Positions 26,901-32,000 of a stretch of 32,000 nt of DNA are shown piece after piece. The stretch covers positions 4,140,001-4,172,000 of the forward strand of contig NZ_CP021983.2 in NCBI RefSeq assembly GCF_002075285.3, in the 5' to 3' direction. A program made the translations under genes and the position numbers. Source of the DNA: Halomicronema hongdechloris C2206 (GTDB taxonomy: Bacteria > Cyanobacteriota > Cyanobacteriia > Phormidesmidales > Phormidesmidaceae). The notes below the pieces were generated by a model that worked only from the letters and a program-made list of their open reading frames with translations, searched no databases and was not told the origin of the DNA. Each line of letters opens with the position of its first letter. Within the stretch, counting starts at the first letter, position 1.

Positions 26901-27075
26901 AATTGATGCTGCACGTGGTGATATTCGTTCATCTATAGTTCTCTTAAATCATCTTATTAGGATCAGTAAGACGGCTGGTCACACCGTTGATTTAGATCCT
27001 TCAACGGAGAGCATTGAACAAGATCCTAAAGCTTACTCGAATAAAATTGCAGCAGATAGCGAGGCAGAACAGTAA
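23845..27075 (+). CDS. C-terminal part of the same STAND gene: helical region, one TM helix, about 14 degenerate WD40 blades and a Cys-containing tail
   Basis: The frame is -1 relative to 22889-23950. KSPADLYREMGGVGGALAGKAQEIY...GEGTRDTRRR continues the family-typical sequence. The TM helix is ILVWGIVGALGVMTGGIAWFG. WD40 signatures include FSPDGEKIV, DDGTARLWN, DKTLRVWD and DDDTIRVWK. The tail is RNLTSEEWLNYIG...LTCPDYP. Confidence 0.8.
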   Translation: MGRVRAGKSPADLYREMGGVGGALAGKAQEIYERLNQDEQAIARRVFVGLVQLGEGTRDTRRRAALESLVASRDTPEAVKQVIHRFASPGARLVTLAHEAKQETAEVTHEALFDHWQQLYDWLDSSRDDIRFQRRLEAAATYWEKQGRPEGLLWRRPDLDLLHTYFASFQQDMTTLQLQFYQASTRARKLRKILVWGIVGALGVMTGGIAWFGRQAHRTAFLSKTQQLALQAESLVSQQEVQQQKAGALLAVKSWQQFQLMKKSSLEVDRALRSSLNVLPESEFIYLDHINEIVSWGSIGITSFTIGHNYFIDSAIFSPDGEKIVVFYQTPESSFWSGEARIWDVATQKEIFRIDHEVTIDSVTFSSDGEKIFYSSTDEVFFGVDVSTQKELFRFELDSPVDSIVFNSDGKSFILAFKYNPYLLEIRDIKSGKKIREITDLDLFQDFSFRVDDAKIISINLEGIVKTWDIHTGKEINQIQIANLQKFDYAVKLSPDGKRFISSSEGDDGILLWDTFKGSRISWISHADYYSALFSHNGKWFAFLDKDGVLKVHRSSDGKEVFYSQDGLEVKSFKFSPNESQIAFVTADDMVRVWSINVRREVARFNHEGYIRAINFSLDGTKIASASVTDTGLSNYWIPLDMPTLKVWNVDTDTNEEFSLKHNDSINFATFNPDGTNVISASDDGTARLWNTYTGQELKSFDHKNPVLFASFNPTKNQIVSVDADKTLRVWDIKTGLALEEIKHEHNIEFAAFSADGSRLFSLSYSGDRETPISNRDSTIRVWDTNDYNEIIHTDSGFNRNIFFSSDSKWLAHYDGEDWRFWNTDTGQEVSEPNYRKGFLINFRDLRTQYFNPEAWDRGKPFSPDGSRIFRSDSLFNRGLVEILELPSERNKISQFTHGHQFNDADFSPNGELIVSSSDDDTIRVWKTSDGSEVARFSHKNTTSVAFSPDGTRIVSTSANHTAKIWLIDTAELAARVCQRVKRNLTSEEWLNYIGSELTEYELTCPDYPVHPSLLDRARIDAARGDIRSSIVLLNHLIRISKTAGHTVDLDPSTESIEQDPKAYSNKIAADSEAEQ

Positions 27076-27243
27076 AATGTATTCGGTACGTTCGCGAGGG
27101 AAGCATGGCTTACTTACGATCGCTAAGCCTGGAAGTAAACTCGTCGTATCTTGTAAGCAGGGTTGGCGCGATGCCCTCCACATCCTAATTCGCCAAACCC
27201 ACAGCAGTTAAGATTCAGAGACAGCCATCCTCACAGGTTCCCT

Positions 27244-27381
27244 ATGGAAACGCTAGAGCGAATCACAGTCGATCCCAATGTTTGCCTCGGTCAACCCACG
27301 ATTCGAGGCATGAGAATCACTGTGAGCTTTGTTCTCAAGCTCTTAGCCAGTCATCTCTCAGTGCAGGAAATAAGGAATTAG
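27244..27381 (+). pseudogene. DUF433-family protein, 3'-truncated (45 codons)
   Basis: METLERITVDPNVCLGQPTIRGMRITVSFVLKLLASHLSVQEIRN-stop. It lacks the usual YP-x-L...AL-x-YA C-terminal third. ATG 27244 lies within the longer track ORF 27163-27381. Confidence 0.6.
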
Positions 27382-27384
27382 CCT

Positions 27385-27627
27385 ATGAATCTCTTAGAAA
27401 GCCAAGTCTTAGAAAAAATGAAGGTTCTATCTCAGGAAAAACAGCAAGAGGTTTTAGACTTCGTGGAATTTCTCATTTCAAGAGCTACACCCCAGGCAAG
27501 TTCTATAGAGCTTCCCCAACCTTTAGAAAGCTCATTCGTTGAAGCCGCCCGACAATATGTTGGTTGCACCGAAGGACCAGGAGATCTTTCGACAAATCCC
27601 AATTATATGGAAGGCTATGGGACTTAA
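27385..27627 (+). CDS. Type II antitoxin (DUF2281-like) paired with the downstream PIN toxin
   Basis: 80-aa ORF. The N-terminus LEKMKVLSQEKQQEVLDFVEFLISR and the C-terminal DLSTNPNYMEGYG are typical of antitoxins of cyanobacterial PIN toxins. Its stop overlaps the next start (TAATG). Confidence 0.65.
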   Translation: MNLLESQVLEKMKVLSQEKQQEVLDFVEFLISRATPQASSIELPQPLESSFVEAARQYVGCTEGPGDLSTNPNYMEGYGT

Positions 27628-28049
27628 TGGCGCAGTCTCATCTAATAATCGACACGGGTCCGCTAGTCGCCATTATTAATCGACGTGATCAATGGCATGA
27701 ATGGGCTGTCAACGAACTGAGCCTGATCCAACCGCCTTTATTCACCTGTGAGGCTGTAATTTCCGAAGCTCATTTTTTGTTAGGACGAGTCCATAATGGA
27801 AGAGAAGCTTTGATGGGTCTGTTGGCTGATCGGCTGGTGCAAATTCCCTGGCAGCTTTCTGAAGAGTTGGATTCAGTTAGGAAGTTGTTGCAGCGTTATC
27901 GGTCAGTACCAATGTCTTTAGCAGATGCCTGCTTGGTGAGAATGGCTGAGCAATATTCGGGAAGCAAAGTCTTTACGATTGATGGTGATTTCAGGATTTA
28001 CCGAATGGATCGTGATCAAATCATTCCTGCGATCATACCTGAGGATTGA
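27627..28049 (+). CDS. PIN-domain toxin (VapC-like)
   Basis: MAQSHLIIDTGPLVAII carries the first acidic residue. Later motifs are CEAVISEAHFLL, SLADACLV and FTIDGDFRIY. The ATG overlaps the antitoxin stop. Confidence 0.75.
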   Translation: MAQSHLIIDTGPLVAIINRRDQWHEWAVNELSLIQPPLFTCEAVISEAHFLLGRVHNGREALMGLLADRLVQIPWQLSEELDSVRKLLQRYRSVPMSLADACLVRMAEQYSGSKVFTIDGDFRIYRMDRDQIIPAIIPED

Positions 28050-28070
28050 ATGGCCTAACCAGAACCGGGC

Positions 28071-28415
28071 TTATGGCAGCCACCAGCGCGCAGCCTTTGC
28101 CGCTTGAAGAGTAGTAGAAAGCATGAGTTGCCTACTTGGTGAGTAGCAGATGGGATAATGCAAGCAATCTCTCAACAGACTTTTGCAAGTCTTCGTAGGC
28201 ATGAACCTCGTCCCGGTGCCTGAGGTAGTAGCCATCACAAGGTAAATATCGGAAAGCTGTAAGGATGGGTATTGCTCCCCGATTTCTTCTGGAGTGCAGC
28301 CCTCCAGAAAAGCAATCACAACGGTGTCTAGCGTGACACGAGTTTCAGCAACTCGGACAACACCTTGAGCATCAGCTTTGATCGGTGCAGGTTCAAGCGC
28401 AATAGCTAACGTCAT
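28071..28415 (-). pseudogene. DUF433-family protein with a frameshift near 28233
   Basis: The first 60 codons (GVVRVAETRVTLDTVVIAFLEGCTPEEIGEQYPSLQLSDIYLV) are DUF433. The family-typical continuation GYYLRHRDEVHAYEDLQKSVERLLALSHLLLTK-stop (stop at 28133-28135) lies in another frame. The 114-aa track ORF has a non-homologous tail. Confidence 0.65.
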
Positions 28416-28661
28416 AGGCCTGCCTAGTCTTCTATTCTAGAGAATAGCAAAGGTCACCAGAGAAGCGCGGCGCACGTGCAAACGGTATGCATGGAATCAG
28501 TAATCGCCGATGCGCTTGCTGACTCCGCAGCTTCTGACAGCCTTTGCACAAGACTTCATGTTCCTGACTGGAACATGAGTTTACTTCTGGCAGGGGAGAT
28601 CGGGCGAGAACACGGTGACTTCTACAATAAAGTTACCTAGGTCGTCCACAAGGCCAGTGCA

Positions 28662-29216
28662 ATGATTGCCGTCCCCCACTACCTCAGCCCCGAAGAATAT
28701 CTAGATCTCGAAACCCAAAGCCCCATTCGCCACGAGTATCGCCGGGGCTTAGCCTATGCTATGGCTGGGGGTACCGACAATCACGATCGTCTGGCCCTCA
28801 ACCTGCTTACCCTCATTAACCTACATTTGGGCGATTCTGAGTGTCGATTCCATTCCGGCAATGTGAAAGTTAACTACCAAGACGAGTTTTATGACTATCC
28901 CGACGCCTTCATTACCTGCGATCCGCGCGATAGAGCCGATCGCTATATCAAACGCTACCCAAAACTAATTGCAGAAGTCCTGTCACCCAGTACCCAAGCA
29001 TTCGATCTCAGTGAAAAGTTCGATGATTATCAAAAGCTGGCATCTTTAGAAGAATATATGCTGATTTTCCAAGACAGTCAGCGGGTAGAATGCCGTCGCC
29101 GCACCCCTGGTAATACCTGGGAAAGCGTCGTTTATAGGATGGGCGATCGCGTTCTCCTCAAGAGTATTGACTTGGAATTTGCCATTGCTGACCTGTATCG
29201 CGGCTTAGATGGTTAG
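28662..29216 (+). CDS. Uma2-family (DUF820) PD-(D/E)xK endonuclease
   Basis: 184-aa ORF. Typical Uma2 features are SPEEYLDLE...RHEYRRG, the DAFITCD acidic residue, PKLIAEVLSPST and EYMLIFQD. Confidence 0.8.
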   Translation: MIAVPHYLSPEEYLDLETQSPIRHEYRRGLAYAMAGGTDNHDRLALNLLTLINLHLGDSECRFHSGNVKVNYQDEFYDYPDAFITCDPRDRADRYIKRYPKLIAEVLSPSTQAFDLSEKFDDYQKLASLEEYMLIFQDSQRVECRRRTPGNTWESVVYRMGDRVLLKSIDLEFAIADLYRGLDG

Positions 29217-29232
29217 TACCGACTATTAGGAT

Positions 29233-29389
29233 ACATCCCAGTTTTGCAAAAGTCATTCTGTCGGCGGAGCCGCGCCCTTGATGCAGGGTTAGTCTGAGAG
29301 TGCATCCCGACTTTGCAATTCCACGCGATTGGCCCTCATCCTCCAACCCCTTCTCCCAAAGTTGGGTGAGGGCTGCAAAACTGGGATGT
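29233..29389. repeat. MITE-like element: perfect 16-bp terminal inverted repeats with an internal third copy
   Basis: ACATCCCAGTTTTGCA (29233-29248) is the exact reverse complement of TGCAAAACTGGGATGT (29374-29389). A related direct copy GCATCCCGACTTTGCAA lies at 29302-29318. TAGTCTGAG recurs at 29290-29298 and 29394-29402. Confidence 0.6.
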
Positions 29390-29487
29390 GCCCTAGTCTG
29401 AGGGGATTAGCGATCGATCACTTCTGACGCTGGTGAGCAATTTTCCCTGGCTGAGCATTAGTACAGATTAGCTAAATTAGATTCCAG

Positions 29488-29799
29488 CTAGAGATATTTC
29501 GGAGTTCTCCATAATCCACGAATTTGCCTCAACTCGGCCAGCCAGTTGAGATCACGTCCATAGGTTTTGTCTAAAGCTCCAGTTTTGACGAAGTGCAGAC
29601 TGATTGCTCTCAGAACTCCAGCATGACTGCCAAAAGTCAAATCTCTTGAAAGCAGCAAGGCAGAAGCAGCATGAAACGCCGCATAGTAAGCTCTGGATGC
29701 AGCATCATTTGGAAAACCAGACGATAACAACGTTCTTGCCGCTTCTAGGGAAGACTCCGCTCGGTTAAAGTTGGCCCGAATCTCCTCAGGACGGCTCAA
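29488..29799 (-). CDS. HEPN-domain protein (toxin of a HEPN/MNT pair), C-terminus possibly frameshifted or truncated
   Basis: SRAYYAAFHAASALLL...SHAGVLRAISLHFVKTG...LAELRQIR is HEPN-like. The expected D-Y-G continuation (DYGELRNIS) lies in the adjacent frame just before the stop. The TTG start overlaps the MNT stop (TTGA). Confidence 0.65.
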   Translation of the reverse strand: MSRPEEIRANFNRAESSLEAARTLLSSGFPNDAASRAYYAAFHAASALLLSRDLTFGSHAGVLRAISLHFVKTGALDKTYGRDLNWLAELRQIRGLWRTPKYL

Positions 29800-30137
29800 A
29801 GCGAGATCCCCTCTCGATGAATATTGCGATACAACTGACTGACCCCTTGCTCAAATTCGTCTTGGGCCGCAGGTTTAGCCGACAGCCAATAGCTGGCTTC
29901 CAGTTGGAGAGGATAAAGCAAATCAACAATGGTACGTAACTCCTGGAAGTAGTTGACCAGAGGAGCCAGCAAAACCAGTAGGTCAACGTCGCTCTCTGGC
30001 GTCAGCGCGTCCTTCGCGGCAGAGCCATAGAGAATGAGAGATTTCAGCTTATCGCCATAGTGCTCAAGCAAAACTTGTTTGCAGGCGGCCAGGGTCTCCT
30101 GTAAAGGGAACTCCAAATCCGGTTGAGCCGTTTTCAC
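29796..30137 (-). CDS. Minimal nucleotidyltransferase (MNT antitoxin of the HEPN/MNT pair)
   Basis: LILYGSAAKDALTPESDVDLLVLL carries the GS...DxD motif. GTG 30137 is proposed as the start. The track ORF extends to 30218 and would overlap the upstream Uma2 gene. Confidence 0.75.
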   Translation of the reverse strand: MKTAQPDLEFPLQETLAACKQVLLEHYGDKLKSLILYGSAAKDALTPESDVDLLVLLAPLVNYFQELRTIVDLLYPLQLEASYWLSAKPAAQDEFEQGVSQLYRNIHREGISL

Positions 30138-30156
30138 GTCGATTCCCTCGATCGCC

Positions 30157-30822
30157 TCATAGCTGCTGCGCCAACCACTGGGCCACACTGCCATTCGACT
30201 CCGTTGCCAGCCGTCCAAACGCCTGCTCCACCAGCGACGCCTCCAACCCCGCCAAAGCCACCGACGTCAGCGTCTGCTGATATAGCCCCTCCGGCGACAG
30301 TCGAAACACCATCAGCCGCGCCGCCTGCACATCAACCACCCAGTATTCCGGAATTTCCAGCCAGCCATAGATCTGCTTCTTCTCATCCAGATCGGTGGCC
30401 AGGGTGGTATCACCCACCTCACACACCAGATCCGGCACCCGCCACTGCCGCAGATTCACCCGCCGCGGTTCCCCCGGCTGCCAACGAGGCACATCCGCTC
30501 CGATGTATAACACCTCATCCGGTGAGGCCGCCCGCTGCTGAGGCTTTTCGAGAATGCATCCGCCCAAGCAGTCAAACGACTGCCCTGGCTGTCGACGGCT
30601 AAACCAGGCGAAAAAGATCATCGCTAACAATTCTCTGAAGCGGGCATGGTCGACCCCTTCCCAGCCCATATCAATAAACAACCGTCCTTGATTGAAGAAG
30701 ATGCGAAAGTGCTCAGCCTTGGCAGTATTGACGCTGTTCAGATAGTCTTGCCAGGTAGCAATGTACCACCGGGGTAGGTCGCTGGGGGACTGACGGGCCG
30801 GAATTTGAGAGACCGATACCAC
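30157..30822 (-). CDS. Uma2-family (DUF820) endonuclease
   Basis: 221-aa ORF with a GTG start. The motifs VPDLVCEVGDTTLATDLDEKKQIYGWLEIPEYWVVD match the Uma2 catalytic core. Confidence 0.7.
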   Translation of the reverse strand: MVSVSQIPARQSPSDLPRWYIATWQDYLNSVNTAKAEHFRIFFNQGRLFIDMGWEGVDHARFRELLAMIFFAWFSRRQPGQSFDCLGGCILEKPQQRAASPDEVLYIGADVPRWQPGEPRRVNLRQWRVPDLVCEVGDTTLATDLDEKKQIYGWLEIPEYWVVDVQAARLMVFRLSPEGLYQQTLTSVALAGLEASLVEQAFGRLATESNGSVAQWLAQQL

Positions 30823-30861
30823 GACACGCTGAGGCTCAACAGTAGTTCAATCATAGTAGTT

Positions 30862-31141
30862 CTGGACAAAGCCAGACATCTCACCGGGTGGTGAACTGAT
30901 TGCAGCAGCCCTCTCTCCTGAAGACAGCAACATCCGTCGGGACCGCAACGCCAAACTCAAACTCTATTCCGTACAGGGAGTGCAAGACTACTGGATTTGC
31001 GATCGCTTCACCCAGCACGTCGAAATTTATCGCCGCCAGAATGCTCAACTAGTGCGGATAGCTACTCTGCTGCCAGACGATGAACTCACCTCTCCGTTGC
31101 TACCAGAATTTCGCTGTCTGGTAGAGAATCTTTTCAAATAA
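30862..31141 (+). pseudogene. C-terminal remnant of a third Uma2-family gene
   Basis: An open frame without a start codon reads ...ELIAAALSPEDSNIRRDRNAKLKLYSVQGVQDYWICDRFTQHVEIYRRQNAQLVRIATLLPDDELTSPLLPEFRCLVENLFK-stop. This is only the C-terminal half of the Uma2 fold, and two stops lie directly upstream. Confidence 0.6.
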
Positions 31142-31182
31142 TCATGTCGCTGGCCAGGCCATAGGAATTTGCTACTGGCCCC

Positions 31183-32000
31183 CTACAGTAGATGGTGGAA
31201 GCGATCATCGGCGCCCAATTGCTTCACGGCTTTTTTGATGTCTTGGGTGCGGTCTTTGCGCACGATTAGGGTGGCGTTGCCGTCCCGCACCACCACCACG
31301 TCGTCTAGGCCGATGGTGACCACGACTTCGCTTGGGTCAGAGCTGTAGAGGATGCTGCCCTGGGTGTCGAGGCCCACATGGGTGGCTAGCTCCACGTTCA
31401 CCTGGTCGGGTTGCTTTAGCAGTCGCTCCACGGCGTTCCAGTCCCCCAGGTCGTCCCAGCCGAAGCTGACTGGCATCACGTAGGCCCGCTCGGTCTTCTC
31501 CATGACGGCGTAGTCGATGCTGAGTTTGGTCAGCTCCCCATAGGCGGCGGCCCCCTTGTCCGTCAAGGGCTGTATCAACTGGGGCGCATGGGTTTTGAGT
31601 TCCTGCAGCATCACCTGGGCCGGGAAGATGAACATGCCGCTGTTCCAGCTGAAGCGGCCACTGGCGATGAAGTCTGCGGCGGTGGCTTGGTCGGGTTTCT
31701 CGGTGAAGCGGCTGACCCGATAAGCCTCCAGGGAACCGTAGCTGCCGGCGGCGTCTCCCTGCTCGATGTAGCCATAGCCGGTGGCGGCATAGGTGGGACG
31801 AATGCCTAACGTTGCGATCGCATCCTGCTCCGTCGCCAGAGCAGCTGCAGCAGTGACAGTTTGACAAAACCGCTGGTCATCGTCGATCCAGTGATCTGCC
31901 GGGAAAAAGCCCACCATGGCCGTGGGGCCGTGACGCTTGGCGATTTCCAACGTGGCCCAGGCCACCGCCGGGGCCGTATCGCGGCCCTCTGGTTCCACTA
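31183..32000 (-). CDS. Mannose-1-phosphate guanylyltransferase (partial; the 5' end lies beyond the window)
   Basis: EPEGRDTAPAVAWATLEI, FPADHWIDDD, GIRPTYAATGYGYIE and SWNSGMFIF are NTP_transferase / ManC-type motifs. The ORF is open to the window edge. Confidence 0.8.
   Translation of the reverse strand, partial: VEPEGRDTAPAVAWATLEIAKRHGPTAMVGFFPADHWIDDDQRFCQTVTAAAALATEQDAIATLGIRPTYAATGYGYIEQGDAAGSYGSLEAYRVSRFTEKPDQATAADFIASGRFSWNSGMFIFPAQVMLQELKTHAPQLIQPLTDKGAAAYGELTKLSIDYAVMEKTERAYVMPVSFGWDDLGDWNAVERLLKQPDQVNVELATHVGLDTQGSILYSSDPSEVVVTIGLDDVVVVRDGNATLIVRKDRTQDIKKAVKQLGADDRFHHLL

Noticed and set aside
28557-28577. Hairpin CATGTTCC-TGACT-GGAACATG in the DUF433/Uma2 intergenic region, as a terminator or sRNA
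   Set aside because: The 8-9-bp stem is clean, but it has no U-tract and no upstream co-oriented gene. Function cannot be inferred without transcript data.
29158-29346. 62-aa minus-strand ORF between Uma2 and HEPN
   Set aside because: It lies across the MITE-like inverted repeats and overlaps the Uma2 3' end. It has no coding signature.
30123-30602. 159-aa Pro/Ala-rich plus-strand ORF
   Set aside because: It is antisense to the Uma2 gene 30157-30822, which has clear catalytic-core motifs. Its low-complexity composition is typical of a shadow ORF.

Overview
This is a cyanobacterial chromosome segment. Background GC is about 55-63%, and I count 17 copies of the HIP1 octamer GCGATCGC by eye.

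Positions 1-13.3 kb look like core genome:
- an SqdX-like GT4 glycosyltransferase
- a group II PLP decarboxylase
- an ECF sigma / anti-sigma pair
- a pRiA4b-ORF3 family protein
- tRNA-Val(CAC)
- a HetZ-like regulator with its downstream partner
- a transglutaminase-like membrane protein

Positions 13.3-31.1 kb form an accessory, conflict-type island with heavy gene decay:
- a low-GC HTH-NACHT NTPase gene cleanly split by a 1229-bp ISAs1-family insertion sequence with a 9-bp target duplication
- an NfeD-like gene and a small membrane-protein gene
- a 5'-truncated HtpX (M48) gene
- an XRE-ImmA/IrrE + PIN pair
- a DUF2188 gene broken by a 20-bp tandem duplication
- an MBL-fold remnant
- a 9 x 21-bp tandem repeat array
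- a two-gene STAND module
- a block of toxin-antitoxin and Uma2 genes, several of them degraded

The STAND module is a 137-aa leader-sharing protein plus an nSTAND-like NTPase-TM-WD40 giant. The giant is frameshifted, and its GC falls from about 60% to about 38% inside the ORF.

The window ends inside a mannose-1-phosphate guanylyltransferase gene. All family assignments come from motif recognition by eye; no database search was run.
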